Below, in pieces: positions 41,830-51,366 of a stretch of 64,000 bases of DNA. A program made the position numbers and the translations under genes. Each line of letters opens with the position of its first letter. Position 1 is the first letter of the stretch. The notes under the pieces were generated by a model. The model saw nothing but the letters and a program-made list of their open reading frames with translations, searched no databases and was not told the DNA's origin. Source of the stretch: Candidatus Cloacimonadales bacterium (GTDB taxonomy: Bacteria > Cloacimonadota > Cloacimonadia > Cloacimonadales > JAFGVF01); contig OY759729.1 of the NCBI GenBank assembly GCA_963662585.1, forward strand, positions 512,001 through 576,000. The letters are read 5' to 3'.

Positions 41830-42814
41830 ATCCCCTCACTTCAGAAATTCTAAGCAAATAAAGATCTGCTAAAACTATAGCAGTAACAGCTTCTATAATT
41901 ACTGGCACTCTTAAACCGAAACATACATCATGACGACCAGGAATAGAAAACTCAACTATTTTATTCTCTTTATAAGAAAAACTTTTCTGTTCTCTAGCAA
42001 TGCTGGCAGTAGGTTTAACTTCTACTGAGAATTCTAAATTATTCCCATTAGTAATTCCAGCAACTATTCCACCAGAATTATTAGTTTTAGTTTTTCCAGA
42101 TTCATTTATAATAATGTCATTATATTCACTTCCAAAAGATTTTGAAGGTGATTTTTCTAGACCAAATTTAAGAGATTTGACCCCAGGAATACTAAAGATA
42201 GCATGGGCTAGTAGAGATTCAACCGAATCAAAAAAAGGCTCTCCTAAAGCAAGAGGCAGATTCTTAACTATACAGTGAATTTCAGCACCTAAAGAATCTC
42301 TGTTTTTAATCGCAGTATCTAGTATTTCATCAAAATCTTTCTTATTACCTATTTTATGTAGCTTTGCCTCAATTTGAATATTATGGATTATCTCTTTAGC
42401 GATAAAACCTGCGGCTACTAAACCCACAGTTAACCTACCAGAGAAGTGTCCACCACCATTAATATCATTAAAGCCATGATATTTTTTCTTAGCAACAAAA
42501 TCACTATGATTAGGTCGAGGAATATCTTGGACTTGATCATAATTTGCAGAATGAACATTAGCGTTGGCGAAAGTAATAAGAATTGGAGCACCAGTAGTAA
42601 TATTATTTTGCATTCCGCTCTTAAAATCAGGGATATCTCCCTCTTTTCGAGGAGTTGTTCCCTTTAAATGTGGTTTTCTTCTTTGCAAAAAGTTAGTTAG
42701 TTCATCTTGATCAATTAATAAACCAGCAGGTACACCGTCAATAATGACACCTACTTCGCTACCGTGAGATTCTCCAAAAATTTCCACTCGGAATAATCTT
42801 CCAAAACTGTTCAT
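41810..42814 (-). CDS. aroC: Chorismate synthase
   Basis: FGESHG, RPNHSD, GGGHFSGR, KPTASI, GRHD. Confidence 0.95.
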   Translation of the reverse strand: MNSFGRLFRVEIFGESHGSEVGVIIDGVPAGLLIDQDELTNFLQRRKPHLKGTTPRKEGDIPDFKSGMQNNITTGAPILITFANANVHSANYDQVQDIPRPNHSDFVAKKKYHGFNDINGGGHFSGRLTVGLVAAGFIAKEIIHNIQIEAKLHKIGNKKDFDEILDTAIKNRDSLGAEIHCIVKNLPLALGEPFFDSVESLLAHAIFSIPGVKSLKFGLEKSPSKSFGSEYNDIIINESGKTKTNNSGGIVAGITNGNNLEFSVEVKPTASIAREQKSFSYKENKIVEFSIPGRHDVCFGLRVPVIIEAVTAIVLADLYLLRISEVRGYESRKN

Positions 42815-44055
42815 ATTTCTACTCCTATTAGTTTCAAATCATTAAGAAAATTTGGATATGACTTATTAATACACTGATAGTTATCAATAGTAATTTTATC
42901 TCTACTAATGACATTTAGTATCAGGGCAGACATAGCAATTCTATGATCATTAAAGGTTTTCACTAAGCCTCCGGAGACTTCCGAAGGATTGATTACTAAA
43001 GTATCATCACATAAATCATAGCTAACTTCTAGTACTTTTAGCATCTCAATAATAGAGATTAATCTATCAGATTCTTTATCTCTTAATCTATAGCAATTTC
43101 TAAACTCAGAAGAGCTTGTAGCAGTAATTGCAAGAGCAACTAAAACTGGTGCTAAATCTGGATTAGAAGTAAGATCAAAAGTAAAACCTTGAACTTCAGA
43201 CTTCTTTACTTCTAGTGTCGTTGAATTAGGGAAAGAGTAATTACCACCTATTTTATCAAGTAGCTTTAAAATTATTCTATCAGGTAAAGACGGAGCATCT
43301 ATGATATTTCTGATGGTAACATCACCATTTATAATCCCCAAAACAATAAAAAAGCTTAAAGAAGACCAATCAGATTCTCCTGTTATTTCCCTAAAATCAT
43401 ATTGTTGATTTCCAGGGATTAGTAGTTTTTCTCCATCTAACCATTTATAGCTAATCCCTGAAGACTCTAAATATTTGAGGGTAAGGTCTATATAAGGCCT
43501 ACTCACTATCTTATTTATATTGAGAATTGATTCCTTAGGTAATAATGGCAAAGCAAATATCAATCCAGAGAGAAATTGGGAAGATTGATTCTCAGATATT
43601 AGTAACTCTCCTGCTTGAAGACTTCCTTGAATAATTACAGGAAGTTTTGAACTAGAAGCTGATAATCCAACTTTTTGAGCAAACTCCTCTATTCCTAACT
43701 CTCGCTTCAAAAGGGTTCCTTCTCCTCTTATTACAAATTCAGGCGAGAAAAGTGTTCCTATACTCACCATTACTCTGGCTAAAAAACCTGATTCCCCTAC
43801 TTGAAGTGTTAAATGTCTCTTTTTCTCAAAATCTGATTTACTAGGGAAAAGCTCTAAATCATCATTATTCCATGAATATGAAAGTCCTTTTAATGAAGAA
43901 ATTAAATCAATGCCGACCAAAACATCTTGGCAAAGAGAGATATTATGAATAGTAATTGGGCCTTCTGCTCTTGTTAAAGAAGAACAAATTATAGCTCGAA
44001 GTGAGCTACTTTTTGAGGCAGGAGCTTTAATTGTTCCTGAAAATATCTGCATCAT
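42811..44055 (-). CDS. aroA: EPSP synthase
   Basis: ASKS, GESG, SSQF, SRPYIDLT, KESDR, DHRIAM, KSYPNF. Start uncertain (ORF open from 44076). Confidence 0.9.
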   Translation of the reverse strand: MMQIFSGTIKAPASKSSSLRAIICSSLTRAEGPITIHNISLCQDVLVGIDLISSLKGLSYSWNNDDLELFPSKSDFEKKRHLTLQVGESGFLARVMVSIGTLFSPEFVIRGEGTLLKRELGIEEFAQKVGLSASSSKLPVIIQGSLQAGELLISENQSSQFLSGLIFALPLLPKESILNINKIVSRPYIDLTLKYLESSGISYKWLDGEKLLIPGNQQYDFREITGESDWSSLSFFIVLGIINGDVTIRNIIDAPSLPDRIILKLLDKIGGNYSFPNSTTLEVKKSEVQGFTFDLTSNPDLAPVLVALAITATSSSEFRNCYRLRDKESDRLISIIEMLKVLEVSYDLCDDTLVINPSEVSGGLVKTFNDHRIAMSALILNVISRDKITIDNYQCINKSYPNFLNDLKLIGVEI

Positions 44056-45064
44056 CTTTGATAACAAGCTGTTCAATTATTTCTAATTTTACATCCCTGA
44101 TAACAGGTTTACCAAGTCCCTCTAATAAGACAAAAGTGATATTCTCTCCTTCCCTCTTTTTATCACTAGCTAGAGCTTTGGAGATTTCTTCCCACTCTAA
44201 AATCTGACTATTAACAATATTTACTTTATCTAAATCTGTTAGTAATGCTTGGTAAAGGGAAGCTGGGATTAGATTTAAACTATAGGATAGTTTTAATGCT
44301 TGTATCATACCCCATAGAACAGCCTTACCATGGCCGATATTATAAAGTTTTTCAACAACATGACCTAGAGTGTGTCCAAAATTTAGAAACCTGCGTTCTT
44401 CATTATCATTTTCATCGCCATTAACAAAAGATAGCTTAATAGAAATTGATTCTTTTATAATCTCAGCAAGTTTTGTCATTGAGTAGTCTGCAAATTCAAA
44501 ATCAAGGGACTTAACCTTTTGATAATAGTCTGCAGAAAAGATTAGTCCATGTTTTATGATTTCTGGTATTCCATTAGAGATTTCAGACTGGGGTAAGGTA
44601 TTCAAGAGATTAAAATCAAAGTTAATATATTCTGGCTGTTTTATAGTACCAAATTGATTCTTATAATTAAGAGAGTTAACACCATTTTTACCACCCACAG
44701 AAGCATCAACCATAGCAATCAAACTCGTCGGCATTAATGCTAATCTACAACCTCGCTTATAGATAGCTGAGATAAAACCAGCAATATCACCTACTACTCC
44801 CCCACCAAAACCTATGATTATTAGTTTTCGGGAATAGTTAAGTTCTAAGAGAATTTCCAGTATTTCATTAACCTGCTGAAGAGTTTTTGAGTTTTCTCCA
44901 GGCTCAATACTATAATATTTATGCTTAGGAAAAAGATCCTTCTGATATAGACTTTCCAGGTTCTTATCTGTAATAATAAAATACTCTGATTTACTCAAAG
45001 CTAATAAGAATTCCTTACTTTCTTGATAACTAATTCTCTTTAGATAATCTTCAATCCAGCTCAT
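44027..45064 (-). CDS. aroB: 3-dehydroquinate synthase
   Basis: GGGVVGD, DASVGGKNG, EIIKHG, LNFGHTLGH, HGKAV. Confidence 0.95.
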   Translation of the reverse strand: MSWIEDYLKRISYQESKEFLLALSKSEYFIITDKNLESLYQKDLFPKHKYYSIEPGENSKTLQQVNEILEILLELNYSRKLIIIGFGGGVVGDIAGFISAIYKRGCRLALMPTSLIAMVDASVGGKNGVNSLNYKNQFGTIKQPEYINFDFNLLNTLPQSEISNGIPEIIKHGLIFSADYYQKVKSLDFEFADYSMTKLAEIIKESISIKLSFVNGDENDNEERRFLNFGHTLGHVVEKLYNIGHGKAVLWGMIQALKLSYSLNLIPASLYQALLTDLDKVNIVNSQILEWEEISKALASDKKREGENITFVLLEGLGKPVIRDVKLEIIEQLVIKDDADIFRNN

Positions 45065-45070
45065 AATATC

Positions 45071-45865
45071 CTACTTAAAGAAATCAATAATTGGCTTAAG
45101 CTCTTTCATTAAAAAAGAGAATTCCTCAAAACTAAGTTGTTGTTCAGGGTCACTAAGTGCTTCTGGAGGATTAGGATGTACTTCAATCATTAATCCATCT
45201 GCACCTGCCGCTAAAGCAGCTTTGCACATAGGAAGAATTAGATTTTTCTTACCTGTAGCATGAGTAGGATCAACTATCACAGGCAATCCTGTTAATTGCT
45301 TCATAATGGGCACAGCACTTAAATCTAAAGTATTTCTTGTATAAGTCTCGAAAGTTCTAATCCCTCTCTCACAGAGAATTATCTTCTCATTCCCCTCTTT
45401 ATAGATATACTCAGCACTATGCACCCACTCTTCAATAGTTGCTTGAAAACCTCTTTTTAAAATAATAGGCTTATCAATCATTCCCACTTCTTTGAGTAAA
45501 GGAAAATTATGCATACTACGAGAACCTATTTGGATTATATCCACAAAATCTAAATTATTATTTATATGGCGAGGATCCAAAATCTCTGTAACTACTGGCC
45601 TTCCAGTTTCGAGTTTAATCTGTTTCAAGATATCTAAAGCTTCCTGCTGAAGTCCTTGAAAAGAGTAGGGAGATGTTCTTGGTTTAAAAGAACCTCCTCG
45701 AAAGATATTTGCTCCGCTCTTAATTATAGATTCAATACTCTCCCTTGCCATAGCATATCCTTCAATACTACAGGGACCAGCTATTAAGAGAAAATCTTTT
45801 CCAACTTTAATGTTCTTTATGTTATAAGTCGTTTCTTTATTTTGTAAAACTTTGTTTTTTGTCAT
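45071..45865 (-). CDS. aroF: DAHP synthase type I-beta (no regulatory domain)
   Basis: IAGPCSIE, FKPRTSPYSFQG, LCERGIRTFE, VDPTH, EVHP. Confidence 0.93.
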   Translation of the reverse strand: MTKNKVLQNKETTYNIKNIKVGKDFLLIAGPCSIEGYAMARESIESIIKSGANIFRGGSFKPRTSPYSFQGLQQEALDILKQIKLETGRPVVTEILDPRHINNNLDFVDIIQIGSRSMHNFPLLKEVGMIDKPIILKRGFQATIEEWVHSAEYIYKEGNEKIILCERGIRTFETYTRNTLDLSAVPIMKQLTGLPVIVDPTHATGKKNLILPMCKAALAAGADGLMIEVHPNPPEALSDPEQQLSFEEFSFLMKELKPIIDFFK

Positions 45866-47222
45866 TTTCTATTCTTTCTTTAAATAATTGCAATTGCCTT
45901 TCACTTTGATATAGCCAAAATTCTCTTCCTGAAAAATATCTCTCCTTCTCAACTTCTTGTTGAAGAGGTATCTCATCTTGAGAATAGGGTAAATCTATTA
46001 CGAATCTGAATTTACTAATCCCAGTTTCCCGAGAAAAACTTTCACCTTTCATTCCAAGTGGTGAAGTATTAATCAATAAATCAAAATATATTTCAGGGGA
46101 TTTTTGGTCAATAACTTCTATATTTTTTCTTTTAGACTTAAGTTGGAGTAACCTTGATTTATTTCTTCCTGTTACATAGATTTGATAATCAGAGAATATA
46201 TCTAAAGCTAATTCTGCCATACTTCCTGTACCATATATTAGGATACTCTTTATTGTTAAGTTTTCTATTCTCCGTTTAATTTTAACAAAAGCATCTGCAT
46301 CTGTATTATAAAAGTGATATCCAGAATCATATATCAATAAATTACTAATCTTAAAATGAGAATATCTCTTGGGTATTTCCTGTTTAAAGGGCATGGTTAG
46401 AGAGAATCCATAACACAGTTTATCAAGCTTATCGTGAAGTTGGATTAAGACAAAAAAGAAGTCTAAATCAAATACTTCAAGATGAATTGGAAGATAAGAA
46501 GCATCAATGTCGTTATCCTTAAAATAATTATTATAATAATCAAGACCTAAAGAGCCATAAACTTGTTCACCGCCTATTATTCCTCCCCATTTAAAAGGTC
46601 TTTCTGACAATAAGTGTTGATATTTTTCCACATCTTCTAAAGTAAGTTGACCGATAACAGTCTCTTCTCCTGGAACAACAACAAAGGTCCCAAGTGAGCC
46701 TAAATAGGAGTGAAGCAACCTTTGCAACTTACCATATTTCCCCATCACAAGCCAAAGAATCTTCTTCTCATATCTATCTATTATTGCCTTAATTTTACCA
46801 ATATCTACTAATTTATAACAAACTTGAGCAATCTTAATAAAAAGAGGATTAAAAGAATCTCCCTTTTGTAATCGCTCAGCAATTCCAGAGAATTCCACTG
46901 CTCCAAAGCTGTGATAAGAAAGAATAACTCTTGAACTAGCTAATGGTAAAGAATTACTAGCTTCCAATAAATCTATTTCTAAATCAAAATAGATATTTGC
47001 ATAATCCGTAAGAGTGTGATAAAAATCTATTTTCTCTTTAAGAGATCGCTTACTTCTGCCCCCTTCCCTATTCCATCTATCTGTTATAATAACTTTATAA
47101 CTAGATAAATTCTTAAGGTGACTAATCAGAATTGGGGATAAATCAACCCTCAATTCAATCCACTCTACCCACTTAGGGATATTCGCTAGTTCTTTTTCCT
47201 TAGATATTGAGTATATTAACAT
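45837..47222 (-). CDS. aroDE: Fused type I 3-dehydroquinate dehydratase / shikimate dehydrogenase
   Basis: N-half ELRVD, SYH, IKIA, MG; C-half TMPFK, YNTD, NTSPLGM, IDLPY. Confidence 0.75.
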   Translation of the reverse strand: MLIYSISKEKELANIPKWVEWIELRVDLSPILISHLKNLSSYKVIITDRWNREGGRSKRSLKEKIDFYHTLTDYANIYFDLEIDLLEASNSLPLASSRVILSYHSFGAVEFSGIAERLQKGDSFNPLFIKIAQVCYKLVDIGKIKAIIDRYEKKILWLVMGKYGKLQRLLHSYLGSLGTFVVVPGEETVIGQLTLEDVEKYQHLLSERPFKWGGIIGGEQVYGSLGLDYYNNYFKDNDIDASYLPIHLEVFDLDFFFVLIQLHDKLDKLCYGFSLTMPFKQEIPKRYSHFKISNLLIYDSGYHFYNTDADAFVKIKRRIENLTIKSILIYGTGSMAELALDIFSDYQIYVTGRNKSRLLQLKSKRKNIEVIDQKSPEIYFDLLINTSPLGMKGESFSRETGISKFRFVIDLPYSQDEIPLQQEVEKERYFSGREFWLYQSERQLQLFKERIENDKKQSFTK

Positions 47223-47370
47223 AATTCTTATTCCTTTAGAGATACTTTTATTAGCTCCATAATTAAGTCAAATAATATCATTTTAATTAATGTTGTTATG
47301 TTCAATCAATTATTATTTGTAATTATAATCAAAGCTCTTATATTATAAAAAAAAATACTATGGAGAAATT

Positions 47371-50196
47371 ATGGAATTGAAAGGCCTAAAAATTACAAGA
47401 CTTATTTTTATGTTTCTTGTAATAATGATACTACCTGTATCAGTTTTTGGTATAAACATAACGAATGTTTTAGAATTATGGAATGTAAGAAGTAATCTTG
47501 GTTCTACTTATGATCTATTAAATGATCTAAACTTAGAAGCTACGAATCCTTCTATAATAGCAGATTATCAAAACAACACTGATTATGAAGTAGGTGATAT
47601 TGTTAAATATACTGATGGATATGCCTATTATTGTACTACAACACATAATTCAGGTTCAGCTTTTATTAGTGGGAACTGGGTTCAAATGTGGGAAGCAGTC
47701 AAAGGTTGGAAACCTATTGGTAATAGCACCACACCTTTCTATGGTAGATTTAATGGTAATCATCATAATATCTACAATCTCTATATTGATAGAAAAGCTA
47801 CCTCAGTAGCCAATACTGTTTATCCATCAGATGGAGAAGATTTTGTTGGATTGTTTGGTCTAGTTAGTAATGGAAGTAGTGCTTCTTTAGGAGCTGGGAC
47901 TAATTACGATGTCTATATTAAAAACTTGGGACTTCTCAATCCAAATGTATCAGGAAGAAGAGCTACAGGTTCATTAGTTGGAAGAGTTTATCTTCCTTAC
48001 ACAACAACTACTCGAACTAACATTGCTTATATAGAAAACTGCTTTGCCAAAGCAGACGGAGTGGGAGGAACAGCTCTAGTAAATGGCTTTGGTTCAACAG
48101 GTGGTTTAGTAGGAGCTAATAATAGCGATAGAAAGCAGAGAATTCCAATTATAAGGTTCAGCTATGCTAATGTAACAGTATCAGCAACCCATCCTTTTAA
48201 TACAGCTCAAAATCAAGATGATGTAGTAGCTGAAGATTTTTTGACCCCCTACAATATTAAATATGGGGGATTAGTAGGTTGCAATGAAAATGGCGCCACT
48301 CAAGATAGCTACGCTTATGGTAATGTAACTGGTGGAGATAGAGTTGGTGGTCTTGCAGGATGTTCAATTGGTGGAGCTATCTTCAGAAGCTATGCAACAG
48401 GAACAGTTACAAGAAATATTGGACCAGGTAACTATCAGGGTGGCGAAGGTGGTATAGTAGGTGTTTCATCAGGATATTTACCCCCCGCCTTAGGTGGAAC
48501 CAATGCCTTTGGATCTGTAGAAAACTCTTACTGGGATACCGTAACTTCGGGTATTTCTACTTCGGCAGGTGGAACAGGAATGCCTACTGCTAACTTTAGC
48601 TCAGAAGCAAATTTCAATAATTGGGACTTTACTACCGTATGGGCCATAGTTGGAACTTATCCTACCTTGCAAAATAGCCCTCCTACTAGTTTTCATTTCA
48701 GAACTAATTTTTCAGGTAATTTTAGTAGTCCATCTTTGTGGGATTATTCTCAGACTTTATCAAACTGGATTTCAGCTGTTACCTATCCTGATCACACTAA
48801 TGCTATTAGTATTACTATAAAATCTAATAACAATATAACTTTAAATAATGACTGGTATATATCAAATACTACTATCGAAAGTGATGGCAAAATTACAGTT
48901 CCGCAAGGTTATACCCTCTTTATTGAGGATAATGATGGTGATGATTTAATTATTCAGGGTGATTTAGATATCACAGGAAATCTAGTTATCGGTCAATCAG
49001 CTTCTATTAGAGGTGAAACTGGCTCAAAAGTTTCCTTCTTATGGAATAGTAATTTTAATTACTCCTCAGGATTTACCTCCTTATATGATGTAGTAGTTAA
49101 TAACCCTAATGGTGTAACTTTTGCCCAAAGTTTAACTATCAATGGAACACTCACAGAAACTAACGGAAAATTGACCCATGGTACTTCTACTTCAATAAGC
49201 GGATTGAGCTCTGCTACTCAGAGATTCTTAGATATCTCTACTGGAGCATTTCCTATTAATAACTTCTCAGTATCAACAACTGCTTACGATAACTATCCTC
49301 TCTATGTTAAAAGAGAATGGAATATTCAAGGTTCTGTAGGCTCAAGCTTGATAAGTGATCGCCAAAGAGAAATTACTTTCTATTGGTCTGCTACCGAAGA
49401 TGAAAGTTATGACTGGACTACAAACTCCAAAGAGCCAATACTTTACATAGCTTCTACTGCTATTACAGCTAATTCATATAATATTACTTCAGATCCGAGA
49501 GAAGCTACATTTACTGTTGAATTTGCTCAAGCAAGTAAAGAAGAAAAAGGAACTTACAGAATTGGTATTGGTGAAGATGAAACTTTACCAGTAACCTTAT
49601 CTTCCTTTACTGCTCAAGTTTATCAAACAGACAAAGTTCAGGTTAATTGGACAAGCCAATCCGAATCTGCTCTTAGTGGTTACTCAATATTCCGAAATAA
49701 TGAAAATGATTTAGAGTCAGCCCTCAATATTGCTTTTGTTGAATCTCAGAATTATTCTCAAACTCATACCTATAAATTCTTAGATGAAGATATTACTTCT
49801 TCAGGAGAATACTACTATTGGTTAATGTCTAGTGGTTATGATGGCTATAATCAAGTCTTTGGTGCTGTTAAAGTCGAAGTTAATTTAGAAGAGAATGGAG
49901 AAACTATAGAAATTCCACTTTTTCAAGGAATTACTTCAATCTACCCTAATCCTTTTAATCCTTCAACTAATATAAGCTACTATCTTAATGAGGATGAAAA
50001 TGTTCTTATTGAGATCTATAATATTAAAGGACAAAGAATTAAAGAGTTTAAACTTGGTGTTCAGAGTAAAGGAAATCATTCAGTAGTTTGGAAAGCTCTT
50101 GATAGCAATAATAAGAATTTACCTTCAGGTATTTACTTGACCAAAATGAATATAGGTAATAAACAATATATCAAGAAAATAATGCTAATGAAATAG
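47371..50196 (+). CDS. Secreted GLUG-repeat protein with CBM5/12-like insert and FlgD-Ig/T9SS-like CTD
   Basis: Signal peptide; GWKPIG..F.G.F.G; GGLVG repeats; LPVTLSSF; IYPNPFNPST...KKIMLMK. Confidence 0.85.
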   Translation: MELKGLKITRLIFMFLVIMILPVSVFGINITNVLELWNVRSNLGSTYDLLNDLNLEATNPSIIADYQNNTDYEVGDIVKYTDGYAYYCTTTHNSGSAFISGNWVQMWEAVKGWKPIGNSTTPFYGRFNGNHHNIYNLYIDRKATSVANTVYPSDGEDFVGLFGLVSNGSSASLGAGTNYDVYIKNLGLLNPNVSGRRATGSLVGRVYLPYTTTTRTNIAYIENCFAKADGVGGTALVNGFGSTGGLVGANNSDRKQRIPIIRFSYANVTVSATHPFNTAQNQDDVVAEDFLTPYNIKYGGLVGCNENGATQDSYAYGNVTGGDRVGGLAGCSIGGAIFRSYATGTVTRNIGPGNYQGGEGGIVGVSSGYLPPALGGTNAFGSVENSYWDTVTSGISTSAGGTGMPTANFSSEANFNNWDFTTVWAIVGTYPTLQNSPPTSFHFRTNFSGNFSSPSLWDYSQTLSNWISAVTYPDHTNAISITIKSNNNITLNNDWYISNTTIESDGKITVPQGYTLFIEDNDGDDLIIQGDLDITGNLVIGQSASIRGETGSKVSFLWNSNFNYSSGFTSLYDVVVNNPNGVTFAQSLTINGTLTETNGKLTHGTSTSISGLSSATQRFLDISTGAFPINNFSVSTTAYDNYPLYVKREWNIQGSVGSSLISDRQREITFYWSATEDESYDWTTNSKEPILYIASTAITANSYNITSDPREATFTVEFAQASKEEKGTYRIGIGEDETLPVTLSSFTAQVYQTDKVQVNWTSQSESALSGYSIFRNNENDLESALNIAFVESQNYSQTHTYKFLDEDITSSGEYYYWLMSSGYDGYNQVFGAVKVEVNLEENGETIEIPLFQGITSIYPNPFNPSTNISYYLNEDENVLIEIYNIKGQRIKEFKLGVQSKGNHSVVWKALDSNNKNLPSGIYLTKMNIGNKQYIKKIMLMK

Positions 50197-50237
50197 TATC
50201 TTAGATTTACCAATAAAGAAAATTATAAAGCCCTTGT

Positions 50238-51131
50238 TTACGAGGGCTTTTTCTTGTTTAATATATCTCTGATAACTTCTAAATTAACTCCTAAAATGAC
50301 AATTATAATCCCCACAATTTGCCAGGTGGTCAATGTTTCCTTAAAAATAAAGTAAGCTAAAAGAGAAGCAATCGCAGGTTTTAAGAAGAAAATGGAAGAA
50401 CCAACTACTGTTGCTACTCTCTTCAAACCAGCGAAATAGGTAAGATATGCTATTCCTGAAACAAAGATTCCAAGATAACTAATAAAAAGAATATTCTTAG
50501 ATGACATTTCCATACTAATATCAAAACCTGCTATTAGTGAAATAATAGCTAACAGAAGAGAACCTCCTAAAAAAGAGATAGCATTAGTAAGAACATTACC
50601 ATATTCTTTAATGTACTTTTTGGAAATTACTGTATAAAAACCAAAGGACACAGAGGCTATACAGGCAAATAATACTCCTAAAGGAGCATTTATAGCTGTT
50701 TGACTTGATGAATGATGATTAAGGATAATAATAGTTATTCCGACTAAACCTATCATTAAACCTATAATTTTATAGATTGAAAGCCTTTCTTTTAAGATTA
50801 AGAATGAGAATATAGCAACAAATACGGAATTAGAACTTATTAAGATTGCACTTATATTTGCCTCACCATAATGGACTGCTAGTTGTAAAAACAACATTGA
50901 TATAGAGACATTAATAAAACCTGGGACTGAAAGTTTAAAGACTTCTCTGCCTGATAGATTCCTTTTCTCTTCTTTTTGTTGTTTTAAAGCAAAGGGTAGC
51001 ATAAAAATACCACCAATCAAAAATCTATATAATGTTATGGCAAAAGGGGATATATTGGCCCCGATAAGTTTCCCTGTTACTTCTAATGTCGAAAAAAGTA
51101 TTATCGTGAATAAGATTAAAAGATAGCCCAT
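50238..51131 (-). CDS. DMT/EamA family transporter
   Basis: About ten TM helices in two EamA repeats (ILKERLS, IFKETLT); ATG at 51131 follows GGAG. Confidence 0.9.
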   Translation of the reverse strand: MGYLLILFTIILFSTLEVTGKLIGANISPFAITLYRFLIGGIFMLPFALKQQKEEKRNLSGREVFKLSVPGFINVSISMLFLQLAVHYGEANISAILISSNSVFVAIFSFLILKERLSIYKIIGLMIGLVGITIIILNHHSSSQTAINAPLGVLFACIASVSFGFYTVISKKYIKEYGNVLTNAISFLGGSLLLAIISLIAGFDISMEMSSKNILFISYLGIFVSGIAYLTYFAGLKRVATVVGSSIFFLKPAIASLLAYFIFKETLTTWQIVGIIIVILGVNLEVIRDILNKKKPS

Positions 51132-51366
51132 CACTACTCCATTTATTAATTTATTAAATTTCATTATTCTAAAGATACTATACTGTCAATTGATTTTAAC
51201 AAATCAGCTGATATTCAGCTTTATCCTGTATATTATTTTGGGTATTATTTTCATTTTGCAAACAGTTACAATTATATTCATTTATTTCATAATTTATCTT
51301 GACATATTATTTAAAAATTCCTAACATCGTAATAATTATTTTTATAATAACTAAGCGAGGTAATAA

